From positions 1,760,001-1,824,000 of the forward strand of contig OZ240219.1 of NCBI GenBank assembly GCA_965197645.1: a DNA stretch of 64,000 bases. The letters are read 5' to 3'. The notes beneath the pieces were generated by a model. It saw only the letters and a list, made by a program, of their open reading frames with translations, searched no databases and was not told the DNA's origin. The stretch comes from Dehalococcoidia bacterium. GTDB lineage: Bacteria > Chloroflexota > Dehalococcoidia > Plut-88900. The translations under genes and the position numbers were made by a program. Shown here piece by piece: positions 1 to 9,850 of the stretch. Each line of letters opens with the position of its first letter. Position 1 is the stretch's first letter.

Positions 1-680
1 ATCTCCATATCCATCAGCGGCGCGCCGACCTTGTAGGCCAGGCTCATGCCATCGCCGGTGCAGATCAGGGCGTTGGTGCTGGGTTCGTAGACCCTACCAA
101 GGCCGCCCGTAGCCATGATGACGGACTTGGCCTGGAGGGCCTCCAGCTTGCCGGTGCGAATGTCCAGGGCCACTGCGCCGCAGCAGACGCCATCGTCCAT
201 GATGAGGGAGGTGACGAACCACTCCTCGTAGATCTGGACATCGGACTTCATGAGCTGCTCGTAGATGACGTGGAGGATGGCCTGGCCGGTTATGTCGGCG
301 ACGAAAAAGGTCCGAGCGTAGGATGCGCCACCGAAGCTGCGTGCCCCTAACCGGCCGCGTTCGTCCCGGTTAAAGATGGTGCCCATGTGCTCCAGCTCGA
401 TGATCTCGTCTGGCGCTTCCCGGGCCATGATCTCGATGGCGTCCTGGTCACCTAGGTAGTCGCTGCCCTTGACGGTATCGAAGGCGTGGGACTCCCAGGT
501 GTCATCGGCGCCCTCTTCCGGCATGGCGGCGTTGATACCGCCCTGGGCCGCGTTGGAGTGGCTGCGGACCGGGTGGACTTTGGAGACTAGGGCAACTGTT
601 GCGCCCTGACGGCTGGCCTCCAGGGCTGCTCTCATCCCTGCCAGACCCGCTCCTAATACCAGAACGTCATGCTGGGGCAC
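1..680 (-). CDS. sdhA: Succinate dehydrogenase/fumarate reductase flavoprotein subunit (3' end runs off the window)
   Basis: Manual translation from GTG at 680: [22 protein letters not shown]...[20 protein letters not shown] (FAD-binding His motif), ...[14 protein letters not shown]...[11 protein letters not shown]. Confidence 0.9.
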   Translation of the reverse strand, partial: MPQHDVLVLGAGLAGMRAALEASRQGATVALVSKVHPVRSHSNAAQGGINAAMPEEGADDTWESHAFDTVKGSDYLGDQDAIEIMAREAPDEIIELEHMGTIFNRDERGRLGARSFGGASYARTFFVADITGQAILHVIYEQLMKSDVQIYEEWFVTSLIMDDGVCCGAVALDIRTGKLEALQAKSVIMATGGLGRVYEPSTNALICTGDGMSLAYKVGAPLMDME

Positions 681-824
681 GTAACATTCCTCCGGAGCGT
701 AGGGTATTTGGACCGCCGTAAGTGTAACATTTCACTATCTGGCTGACAAGAAAAAGGCAACGGCTGAAAGGTCGGGACATTTTGCCCGGCGAGTGTGAGT
801 CCTTCCCTCTGGGACCGGGACTGA

Positions 825-1991
825 TCACTCGATGAAGCCGTAGAGCTTGCCGGCGTTCTCGCAGATAATCTTGCTTCGAGTGCTCTCGTCCAGGCCTCCC
901 AGGTTCCGCTGGATGGTCTCTTGGGAATCTGGCCAGACGCTATCGGGATGGGGATAGTCCGAGCCCCACAACACGTTGCCGGTTCCTATCACATCCAGCA
1001 TATCTGGAATGACGTACTCGTCCTGGAAGGTGGAGTACCCCTGGCGGTACCAGAATTCGGTGGGCTTCATGCTCAGTCCGAGATGGAACAGACGGTCGTC
1101 GTACTCCTGGTCGAGACGAGGGAGAATGTAGGGCAGCCAGCCGACTCCGCACTCTCCCAGCACGAACGAGAAGTCCGGCTGGCGATCGCAGGCGCCGGAG
1201 AGGATCATGCTGGTCATGAACTCGGGGCCGGACAGCTGGAAGAGGGTGTACATGAGTCCCAGATCGATCCAGTGGTACCGATCATTGGTAGGGTCATCCG
1301 GATGGCGGAACTGGAGCCCTACAGTATGGAAGGAGATGGGCAATCCGGTCTCTGCGGCGGCATCCCATAGCACGTTCCACTCGTCCTGGTAGATCGGCTT
1401 CACGGCGCTGGAAACATTCATCTCCGCTCCTTTCAGGCCCAGGTCTGCGGCCCTCCTGAGCTGTTGAGCGGCAGTTTCCGGATCGTGGGAGGAGATGCAG
1501 GCCAGCCCGGCCAATCTCTGGGGATTGTGCTTGCAGAAATCGGCAATCCAAGAGTTGTATATGTCGAAGACCTGGGTGAGAGCTTCTGCGCTGGAGACGC
1601 CGCCGGCAGCATCGGAGAAGCCGCTGGCGACGCCCAGGATTCCATAGATCACCTCGGCCTGGACATTGTCAACGTCCTGGTCCTTCAGGCGCAGCTCCGG
1701 CGTGGTGGGGTGGAAGTTGCCGGCCTCTGCGTCGGAGAAGAAACCGAACTCGGCCATCTTGTCCAGTCGATGCGACCGTCCCGGCTCGTAGGGTTCGTAG
1801 GAGCCGGTGAGGGCGGCGGCAGCAACGAACCCCAACGATTCGCCGTCAGCCATCCACATCTTTCCCTCGTCGGTATCAATTACCCGGGGCATCCTGTCCT
1901 TCAGTTTGTCCGGGGCATTGGAGACGAAGAGGTCTTCCGGGAGCCAGACGATGTCGGTGTGGGTGTCTGCCGATATTACTTTGTAGTCCAC
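825..1991 (-). CDS. Amidohydrolase family protein (Amidohydro_2 / decarboxylase-like)
   Basis: N-terminal SADTH metal motif, FH in the middle, C-terminal WGSDYPHPD and ENAGKLY. Confidence 0.85.
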   Translation of the reverse strand: MDYKVISADTHTDIVWLPEDLFVSNAPDKLKDRMPRVIDTDEGKMWMADGESLGFVAAAALTGSYEPYEPGRSHRLDKMAEFGFFSDAEAGNFHPTTPELRLKDQDVDNVQAEVIYGILGVASGFSDAAGGVSSAEALTQVFDIYNSWIADFCKHNPQRLAGLACISSHDPETAAQQLRRAADLGLKGAEMNVSSAVKPIYQDEWNVLWDAAAETGLPISFHTVGLQFRHPDDPTNDRYHWIDLGLMYTLFQLSGPEFMTSMILSGACDRQPDFSFVLGECGVGWLPYILPRLDQEYDDRLFHLGLSMKPTEFWYRQGYSTFQDEYVIPDMLDVIGTGNVLWGSDYPHPDSVWPDSQETIQRNLGGLDESTRSKIICENAGKLYGFIE

Positions 1992-2147
1992 GTCATTACC
2001 TTTCTACTCATTGTACCTGCCGCCTTGGCGTGAAGGCTTGAAAAATGCCCCAGCCTCCGAGGATGCACAGAGCGCGTTCTCATCGGGAACGATTTGGGCA
2101 GTGATAACTCGATCATAAAGCCATCGTCATTTTAACACGAACTGCTT

Positions 2148-2690
2148 TCACGAGTTTCGGTAGCAGGTCAGATAGAGGAGGAGTCCCGCAATGCTCTTGC
2201 TGTCCTTGATCTCGCCGGAGTTGATCAGGCCGATGACGGCGTCGGAAGAGACGGGACAGACCTCAATGTTTTCATCGTCTTCCGCCTCCAACGGGTCGTG
2301 TACCAGGTCCGTAGCGAGGTAGAGATGACTGTACTCGGTGGAGAATCCGGGTGTGATATAGAAGGAGGCCATATGCTTCAGGCTCCGGGCACGGAAGCCG
2401 GTCTCCTCTCGAAGCTCGCGCTGGGCCGCCTCGATCGGTTCCTCATCCGGTTCCATGACACCGGCGGGAATCTCTAGAAGCTCCTGTTCGACGGCCTTCC
2501 TGTACTGTCTAACCATCAGCACGTTGCCCTGAGCATCAACCGGGACGATGAACACGACGTCGTCATGCTCAACGATCTCGCGGGTTGTGGTCCGGCCATT
2601 GGGCATGGCTACGGTATCGACGCGGAGGGTAAGGAGCCGCCCCTGGAATATCCGCTCCGATCTGATGGTCTTTTCCGGTTCCATGGGCAC
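2148..2690 (-). CDS. NUDIX hydrolase (ADP-ribose pyrophosphatase-like)
   Basis: Nudix box GVMEPDEEPIEAAQRELREETG; REIVEH and QYR motifs. Confidence 0.9.
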   Translation of the reverse strand: MPMEPEKTIRSERIFQGRLLTLRVDTVAMPNGRTTTREIVEHDDVVFIVPVDAQGNVLMVRQYRKAVEQELLEIPAGVMEPDEEPIEAAQRELREETGFRARSLKHMASFYITPGFSTEYSHLYLATDLVHDPLEAEDDENIEVCPVSSDAVIGLINSGEIKDSKSIAGLLLYLTCYRNS

Positions 2691-3547
2691 TATTCGAACC
2701 GGGTAAGGCGGTGGGTTACGGTCGAGTAGAAACGGCCGGACGGCTGGAAGCGCAGGAAGCTTATCGATTCGGAGCTGCCGGAGATCGAGACCCGGTCGCC
2801 ATCGGCCAGGGGATGGTCCATCTGGCCATCTACGCTGAGGTGGGCCCCGTGTTCGCCATACACGGTTAGCTCCACCTGGGCAGTGGGCGCCAGGACGAGG
2901 GGGTTGCGGATGGCGAGGTGAGGAGCGATGGGCGTCAGGACCAGCTCACGGCTCTCGGGCCAGAGTATGGGGCCTCCCACGGCCATGGAGTAGCTGGTGC
3001 TGCCCGTGGCGGTGGCCACGATGACACCGTCGGCTCGATAGGTTGTGAAAAGATCACCGTCGATTCGGGTCTCTATGCGGATGACCCTGGACACTCCGGC
3101 CCTGGCTACAACCATGTCGTTGAGGGCGTGAAAGGGGCCGGCCTCCTCTTCGTCGGCGGCTATGCTCACCTTCCCTTTTAGCACGGCTCTACTTTCGATT
3201 CTGCCGGGCTCGGAAAGTATCCCGAGTATCCCGCTTCGAGCGTCCTCTGCGCTGATCTCGTTCATGAAGCCTAGCTGGCCCATGTTGACACCCAGGATAG
3301 GGATGCGCATGTCCATCGCCACCCGGGCAACCCTCAGGACCGTACCATCGCCGCCGATGCTCAGAAACAGGTCGCTGCCGTCCAGTTTCTCCGAGGCCGC
3401 GCTGTCGTCCCAAGCCGAGCTGGTCCAGCTATCGTAACCCCCATCCCGCAGCTTGGTCAGCAGCTCCTGGGCCAAGTCTTTGGCGGCGGCTAGCCTGGGA
3501 TGATAGAGGATGCCGATTCGATTGAACTGGTGCGTCTGGTAGTCCAT
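2690..3547 (-). CDS. nadK: NAD(+) kinase
   Basis: GGDGT, LND, ADG...TATGSTSYSMAVGGP motifs; start chosen at MDYQ (ORF is open to 3577). Confidence 0.9.
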   Translation of the reverse strand: MDYQTHQFNRIGILYHPRLAAAKDLAQELLTKLRDGGYDSWTSSAWDDSAASEKLDGSDLFLSIGGDGTVLRVARVAMDMRIPILGVNMGQLGFMNEISAEDARSGILGILSEPGRIESRAVLKGKVSIAADEEEAGPFHALNDMVVARAGVSRVIRIETRIDGDLFTTYRADGVIVATATGSTSYSMAVGGPILWPESRELVLTPIAPHLAIRNPLVLAPTAQVELTVYGEHGAHLSVDGQMDHPLADGDRVSISGSSESISFLRFQPSGRFYSTVTHRLTRFE

Positions 3548-3646
3548 CGGTGAGGAGACATCTGATTGTCCGTTCATATCACATCCTTGTCAAGAAACGG
3601 TCTGGTATACTCAGTGAGCATTACAGCACACACGGGGGTAACGGCT

Positions 3647-4561
3647 ATGCGGATCGTCATCATTGGACAGGCGCCCTTTGGAGCATCGGTACTGGAGAAG
3701 CTCGTTGAGCGGGGGGACGAGGTGGTAGGGGTGTTCGCTCCGCCGGAGAGACGGGGCCGGGCTGACCCGTTGGCCGAGGCCGCTCAACAGAAGGGACTGG
3801 ACTTGCACCAGGTGACCTCGATGAAGACCGACGAGGTGTACGACACCATCGCGGGTATGGAGCCCGACCTGGGTGTAATGGCCTTCGTTACTATGATCGT
3901 GCCCGAGCGGGTGCTCTACTGCCCCAAGTACGATACCATCCAATACCATCCGTCCATACTGCCCAAGCATCGAGGGGCCTCGGCCATCAACTGGGCGATA
4001 ATCGAAGGCGATTCCAAGACTGGACTGACCATCTTCTGGCCCGACAAGGGTCTGGACACAGGCCCGGTCCTCCTTCAAAAAGAGGTTGATATCGGACCTG
4101 ACGACACGGTGGGGTCGCTGTACTTCAATCACCTGTACCCGATAGGCGTCGACGCCATGCTGGAGTCGGTGGACCTGGTGAAGAAGGGCAAGGCGCCGAG
4201 AATCGTTCAGGACGAGTCCCAGGCCACCTACGAGGGGATATGCAGACCCGATGACGGGGTGATCGATTGGAGCAAGCCGGCCCAGACCGTCTACAACCTG
4301 ATTCGAGGCACCAACCCGCAGCCGGGGGCATCGACCCAGATCAACGGGCAGACAGTGAAGATATTCGACTCCGAGCTGCGCGCCGGAGAGGGCGGTGGAA
4401 CCCCTGGCGAGGTTGTGAAGGTCGAGGAGGACGGGTTCACGGTGTCGGCCCAGGGAGGCGCCATCAAGGTGAAGCGCGTCCAGCCGCCTGAATCGAAGAA
4501 GATCATGGCCCCAGAGTACATCGAGCAGTCTGGGCTAAAGGTTGGTCAGAAGCTGGGATAG
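3647..4561 (+). CDS. Formyltransferase family protein (Fmt / 10-formyl-THF hydrolase FDH-N-like)
   Basis: MRIVIIGQAPFG start; QYHPSILPKHRGASAINW and DKGLDTGP motifs; C-terminal Fmt OB-like domain. Confidence 0.85.
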   Translation: MRIVIIGQAPFGASVLEKLVERGDEVVGVFAPPERRGRADPLAEAAQQKGLDLHQVTSMKTDEVYDTIAGMEPDLGVMAFVTMIVPERVLYCPKYDTIQYHPSILPKHRGASAINWAIIEGDSKTGLTIFWPDKGLDTGPVLLQKEVDIGPDDTVGSLYFNHLYPIGVDAMLESVDLVKKGKAPRIVQDESQATYEGICRPDDGVIDWSKPAQTVYNLIRGTNPQPGASTQINGQTVKIFDSELRAGEGGGTPGEVVKVEEDGFTVSAQGGAIKVKRVQPPESKKIMAPEYIEQSGLKVGQKLG

Positions 4562-4686
4562 GCCCGACTCACAGCGGGGCCCGCCCCTTTTGTCCCTTAA
4601 TCGCAACACCGCCCGTGACGTTCACGTAGACACGCGCCTTCCAGGCCACGGGTCCACACGTCCCTGAGTAAAGAGAATGAAAGCCG

Positions 4687-6828
4687 TTGATTGAGCTCCG
4701 GGACTACCAACTCTACCTGATGCAACGCGTGGGCGACGTGTTGGCCGACGCGGGCGCCAGAATAATGATGCAGTTGCCCACCGGCGGCGGTAAGACCCAC
4801 ATCGCGGGCGAGTTGCTGTCAGAATGGCTGAAAGACGGGCGAAAGGCTGTCTGGTTGACTCACCGTAAGGAGTTGGCCGTCCAAACGGAAGGTATGCTGC
4901 GACAGGCCAACGTCCCGGCCACGGCCAACATCCGGTGGACCCCCCGCACTGATGCGCCAATGATAGCCAACGGTGTCGTTATCTTGATGGCTCAAACCGT
5001 GAGCAGGCGCAACTCAAAGGCGGCGGTGTGGGGCGACTACAACAGCCGCGACCTGATGATTATCGACGAGGCCCACCACGCCACTGCGCGCGGGTGGGCC
5101 AGGGCCATGAAGCAATGGCCTGGCCCAGTCATAGGTATGACTGCTACGCCGTGGCGTCTCTCTGAAAGAGAGGGGTTCGACCACCTGTTTGACGAACTGT
5201 ACTGCGGGCCGCAGGTCTCGGACCTGCAATCAGGCGGATGGTTGTGCCCGGCATCGGTGGTGCTGCCTGCAGAGCAAGAGCAAGTTCAAGGCGGCCAGAT
5301 TGATTACACCGGAGACTACAGCGAGTCCGGCATCGAGCTGGCCAACGACAAACGGGATGTCTGGACCGCCGGGGCGCTGCGATTCTGGCAAAAGCACGGC
5401 GAGAGCCGTCCAACCCTTGTCTATGCCGTGTCGGTGAGACACGCTCGAAACCTGGCAGCCGTGTTCAATGAGGCCGGAACACCCGCTGGACTGCTCCTGG
5501 GGGATACCCCGGATGAGGAGCGGGTCAGGCTCTTGCGGGAATTCCAGGACGGAGCCGTCAAGGTGCTGGTCAATGTCGTCGTGGCCACCGAGGGATTCGA
5601 CCTTCCGGACGCCTCCTGCGTGGTGCTGACTCGCCCGACCATGAGCCTGTCTTTGTACCTGCAAATGGTTGGCCGCGGCTTGCGTCCCAAGCCGGACGGG
5701 GGCGATTGCATCGTACTGGACTTGGCCGGAAACAGTCTGCGACATGGGCTCCCCGAGGAAGACCGGGAATGGTCTTTGCTGCCGCGGGGAGCACCAACGG
5801 CGGGTGACGGAGAACCATGGGTGGTTCGATGCCCCGTGTGCGAGAGCGTGTCCCCTGCCGCAAGCCACGAATGCAGCCGGTGCGGTGCGGCCTTTGGGGA
5901 CTCCTGTAATCGTTGCGGTGCTTGGAGAGTGTGGGATAGATGGAGTCGCAAGACCGGTTGTGGTGAAGACCACGACCTAGTATGCGATCTCTGCCACTAC
6001 GACGCCCACGTCCATGCCCGTCTACCGGTAACTGAAGAGCTGAAGGAGCTATCGATGCTGAGAGATGGGGATGAACTCTCACCCACTAGGGACCCGTTTC
6101 TAAAGGACTTTCTGGAAGAAGAGCGCCGCCGGGTCACCTTCGCCGACGAGGGACGTAAAGAGGAGCTGCGATCGTTTATCGGCGTCCGGGAGTCTGAGCT
6201 GGCTGACGTCGAGGGAATGTGGGGTCGGTTCGAGCAGCATTTGCAGTCTCTCCCCCATGAGCAACGCCCTGAAAACGAGGCCATCAAGGCAAGAGCGTTT
6301 GTAGAATGGGAGAACAATCAAAAATCGGAGCTCGCCGGCTGGAAGGAAGAGCTTGCCGGCTTGGAGAACCGACCCATCGACGGGCAGTTAGTATTCAGTC
6401 AGGCTAGAGAGCGCTTGTTGCGGCTGCTGGAGGCCGAAGGGAGAGAGGCGGGACTGCTTCCACGGGCAACCCTTCGGGAAGAGTCCCCTCGTACAGTGAT
6501 TGAAGAGCCTTCCCCGTCTAGCGTAACCAAACGTAAGCGTACTCCCAAACGGGAGTACATCAGGCCGATACTGGAAAGCCTGGTCGAGCTTGGCGGCTCG
6601 GCCAAGAGATCCCAAGTAGAAGAAATGGTCTTTCAGAAGATGAAGAGCGAGCTAACCGAACAGGACTTAGGATACTCACCATCCGAGCGAAGGCCGCGCT
6701 GGCGAGTTAGAGCAGGGTTTTGCCGACAGAGCCTGGTGGATAAGCATAGGTTCCTCAGGTCCGACTCGCCCCATGGCGTCTGGGAGATCACCGAGCTGGG
6801 GCGTAACTACCTCAAGGATCAGCAATAG
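4687..6828 (+). CDS. SF2 DEAH-box helicase with Cys-rich zinc region, coiled coil and C-terminal Mrr_N-like winged helix
   Basis: LPTGGGKT (Walker A), IIDEAHH, TATP, TEGFD, QMVGRGLR; CPVC/CSRC/CNRC/CDLC; tail PILESLVELGGSA...RW...GVWEITELGRNYL. Confidence 0.8.
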   Translation: MIELRDYQLYLMQRVGDVLADAGARIMMQLPTGGGKTHIAGELLSEWLKDGRKAVWLTHRKELAVQTEGMLRQANVPATANIRWTPRTDAPMIANGVVILMAQTVSRRNSKAAVWGDYNSRDLMIIDEAHHATARGWARAMKQWPGPVIGMTATPWRLSEREGFDHLFDELYCGPQVSDLQSGGWLCPASVVLPAEQEQVQGGQIDYTGDYSESGIELANDKRDVWTAGALRFWQKHGESRPTLVYAVSVRHARNLAAVFNEAGTPAGLLLGDTPDEERVRLLREFQDGAVKVLVNVVVATEGFDLPDASCVVLTRPTMSLSLYLQMVGRGLRPKPDGGDCIVLDLAGNSLRHGLPEEDREWSLLPRGAPTAGDGEPWVVRCPVCESVSPAASHECSRCGAAFGDSCNRCGAWRVWDRWSRKTGCGEDHDLVCDLCHYDAHVHARLPVTEELKELSMLRDGDELSPTRDPFLKDFLEEERRRVTFADEGRKEELRSFIGVRESELADVEGMWGRFEQHLQSLPHEQRPENEAIKARAFVEWENNQKSELAGWKEELAGLENRPIDGQLVFSQARERLLRLLEAEGREAGLLPRATLREESPRTVIEEPSPSSVTKRKRTPKREYIRPILESLVELGGSAKRSQVEEMVFQKMKSELTEQDLGYSPSERRPRWRVRAGFCRQSLVDKHRFLRSDSPHGVWEITELGRNYLKDQQ

Positions 6829-6901
6829 CCGATTTCGGTCTCAGCTACCAGAGTGAGGGGCGGAGAGCATCTCCTATTTGGAGGAGCCGGGCCGGGAGAA
6901 G

Positions 6902-8371
6902 CTAGATCAGGGTGCCGACCGCGTTCTCGACGACGTCCATGACGAAGTGGGGGACTACGCCCATGAACAGAATCCCCACTACTACGACCGCCAGCGCCGA
7001 AACGAGGGGCAAGTCCACCTTGATACCTTCCTCGGAAGAAGGCTGGCCCAGGTACATCGCCTTGATGACCCGGACGTAGAAGTAGGCCGAGATCACACTG
7101 TTCACCACCCCGATGACGGCCAGCCACACCAGGTCGCTATCTACGGCGGCCTTGAAGACGTTGACCTTGGCCCAGAACCCGGCGGTCGGAGGGATGCCCA
7201 TCAGGGAGACGAGAGAGATGGCCAGGGCGAAGGCGAGCACCGGGCTGCGGCGGGCAACACCGGCATAGTCGTTGATAAGCTCGCTGTTGATCTTGTTGGA
7301 GATGGCGATTACGGCAAAGAACGCACCGAGATTGGTCGCGGCGTAGGCCACAAGATAGAACAGGATGCTCTCGACGCCCGGGCCCAGCAGATGCCCCTCT
7401 CGACCGATGGACGCCAGGCCCACCATGATGAAGCCGGCATGGGCTATGGTGCTGTATCCCAGCATCCGCTTTATGTTGTTCTGAGCGATGGCCACCAGGT
7501 TTCCGATGAACATCGATACCGCGGCCAGGATGCCGAACAGCAGCGCCCACTCGTCGCTCATGGGACCGAAGGCCATGAAGAACACCCGGACTATCACGGC
7601 GAAGCCGGCGGCCTTGCTGGCGACGGACAGGTACGCGGCGATGGGCGTCGGCGAGCCTTCATAGACGTCGGGCACCCACATCTGGAACGGCACCGAGGAT
7701 ATCTTGAACCCGAATCCGGCAACGATGAAGATGACGCCGAGCAACAGCGCCGGCTGGTCTATGAGATCGCCTACCGAGGTGATCCGGTCGGCGATGTCCA
7801 GCAGATTGGTGCTGCCGGTGAGCCCGAACACCAGGGCCATGCCGTAGAGCATGACGGCGGAGCTGATGGCGCTGAGCACGAGGAACTTCATCGATGCCTC
7901 GGTGGAGCGGCTGTCCTTCATCAGGGATACCAGCGCCACTATGGACAGGGCGTTCAGCTCCAGGGCGATGTAGATGGAGATGAGCTCGGTGGCGCCGGCC
8001 ATGAGCATCATTCCGCCCGAGGCCAGCATTACCAGGGCGTAGTACTCCCCCTGGAACCTGGGGAACCGGGCCACCGTCTCCTTGGAGGCGATGATTACCA
8101 GGGCGGCGACTCCCAGTATGAGGAACTTGAAGAATAGGCTGAAGTAGTCGACTATCAGAAAGCCGTTGAAGCCGGTCAGGACGTGGGAGTCCATGCTGTC
8201 CAGCTTGAGCCACAGCACCAGCGATAGGGCTATCGGCACCGCCAGAAATACGAGACTCAGCGTGGACAGAAGCTGTTTCCGTTTCAGGAACAGCTCGACG
8301 ATGATCAGTATCAGAGCCAGACCACCGAGGGCCAGCTCCGGCATCAATAGGTATAGATCGTCTGGATACAT
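6902..8371 (-). CDS. nuoN: NADH-quinone oxidoreductase subunit N
   Basis: Polytopic membrane protein; EASMKF, FKISSVPFQMWVPDVYEGSP, NIKRMLGYSTIAH. Confidence 0.95.
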   Translation of the reverse strand: MYPDDLYLLMPELALGGLALILIIVELFLKRKQLLSTLSLVFLAVPIALSLVLWLKLDSMDSHVLTGFNGFLIVDYFSLFFKFLILGVAALVIIASKETVARFPRFQGEYYALVMLASGGMMLMAGATELISIYIALELNALSIVALVSLMKDSRSTEASMKFLVLSAISSAVMLYGMALVFGLTGSTNLLDIADRITSVGDLIDQPALLLGVIFIVAGFGFKISSVPFQMWVPDVYEGSPTPIAAYLSVASKAAGFAVIVRVFFMAFGPMSDEWALLFGILAAVSMFIGNLVAIAQNNIKRMLGYSTIAHAGFIMVGLASIGREGHLLGPGVESILFYLVAYAATNLGAFFAVIAISNKINSELINDYAGVARRSPVLAFALAISLVSLMGIPPTAGFWAKVNVFKAAVDSDLVWLAVIGVVNSVISAYFYVRVIKAMYLGQPSSEEGIKVDLPLVSALAVVVVGILFMGVVPHFVMDVVENAVGTLI

Positions 8372-8376
8372 TTAAC

Positions 8377-9843
8377 TCAAGCGAACAGCTGACTAATGGG
8401 TTGCACGCCGGACCGTAGCATGTCCGTAATAAACGCCGGATAGATTCCTATCACCAGGGTTGCGGCGACCAGCAGTCCCGCTCCGGATGCGTCGACGATC
8501 GTGGCGTCGCCCACGCTGTCGAAGTGGGACTTGGACGGCCCGAACATCACCCTTTGAATCGTCCACAGTATGTAGGCGGCCGAGAACGCTATCCCCACGA
8601 CGCCAAGGACCGTGGCGGTCCGCCACTCCTCGAAGGTCCCCAGGAACACCGTGAGCTCGGCGACGAACCCGCTGGTCGCAGGAAGGCCGAGGGACGCCAG
8701 CCCTGCGATAAGTATGGCAATGGCAATAAGTGGCATCCGAGGCGCCAGCCCGCCCAGGTCCGGGATATGTCTAGTGTGCACTCTATCGTATACCAGCCCC
8801 ACCAGGAAGAAGAGGAGTCCCGTGATGGTGCCGTGGGTAAACATCTGCAGGGCCGCTCCGGTGAATCCCACCTCCCCGAAGGAGGAGACCCCCAGCAGGA
8901 AGAATCCCATGTGGCTCACACTGCTGAAAGCCACAAGTCGTTTCAAGTCGCTCTGGCGCAGGGTGACCACGGCGCCGTAGAGGATGTTGACCACGGCCGC
9001 GGAGACCAGCAGCCAATCCCAGTCCCGGGCGACGCCGGGAAAGAGGGTTAGCGAGATGCGAAGAATGCCGTACCCACCCATCTTCAGGAGCACCCCGGCC
9101 AGCATCACGCTGACCGCAGTGGGCGCGTCGGTATGCGCGTCGGGAAGCCAGGTATGGAAGGGCCAGATAGGCAGCTTGACAGCGAACGCGGCTATGATGA
9201 GGAAGAAGACGGCCTCGGCGGAGATGAACAGCTTGGGCGCCCAGTCCAGGCTGGTCCGGCCCAGTTCCACCATATCGAAGGTGCCAGCAGCGAAGCCCAC
9301 CGCCAGGATTCCCACCAGCATGAAGGCGCTGGCCCCTACGGTGTAGATGAGGAACTTCATCGCCGAGTACTCTTTTCGTCCGCTGCCCCAGATGGAGATG
9401 AGTAGGTACATCGGCACCAGTTCCACCTCCCAGAACAGGAAGAACTGGACCAGGTCCAGGGAGGTGAAAACTCCCATCACGCCGGTCTCCAGCACCAACA
9501 GCCAGATGAAGTACTCCCGAACCCTGAGCTTGACGTACCAGGAAGCCAGGATCGCGGCCAAGGACAGCAGGGCCGTGAGGACGACCATGGGCATGCTGAG
9601 GCCGTCTACGCCAAAGAAGTACTGGACGTCGATGAAGGGTATCCAATTGTAACGCTCGACGAACTGAGGATCGGTCAGGCTGGTATCGAACTGGGATGCG
9701 GCTACCAGGGAGAATACCAGGGCAGTCATGGCGACAGCGAAGGCGATGAGTCTCGTCAAACGCGGGTCACGGCCTACCAGCACGATGAGGATAGCTCCTG
9801 CCAGGGGCAGGAATACGATTAATGTTAGCGTTCCCTGGAACAT
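8377..9843 (-). CDS. nuoM: NADH-quinone oxidoreductase subunit M
   Basis: GVDGLS, FWEVELVPMY, KLPIWPFHTWLPDAH, LKRLVAFSSVSHMG. Confidence 0.95.
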   Translation of the reverse strand: MFQGTLTLIVFLPLAGAILIVLVGRDPRLTRLIAFAVAMTALVFSLVAASQFDTSLTDPQFVERYNWIPFIDVQYFFGVDGLSMPMVVLTALLSLAAILASWYVKLRVREYFIWLLVLETGVMGVFTSLDLVQFFLFWEVELVPMYLLISIWGSGRKEYSAMKFLIYTVGASAFMLVGILAVGFAAGTFDMVELGRTSLDWAPKLFISAEAVFFLIIAAFAVKLPIWPFHTWLPDAHTDAPTAVSVMLAGVLLKMGGYGILRISLTLFPGVARDWDWLLVSAAVVNILYGAVVTLRQSDLKRLVAFSSVSHMGFFLLGVSSFGEVGFTGAALQMFTHGTITGLLFFLVGLVYDRVHTRHIPDLGGLAPRMPLIAIAILIAGLASLGLPATSGFVAELTVFLGTFEEWRTATVLGVVGIAFSAAYILWTIQRVMFGPSKSHFDSVGDATIVDASGAGLLVAATLVIGIYPAFITDMLRSGVQPISQLFA

Positions 9844-9850
9844 CTATCCG

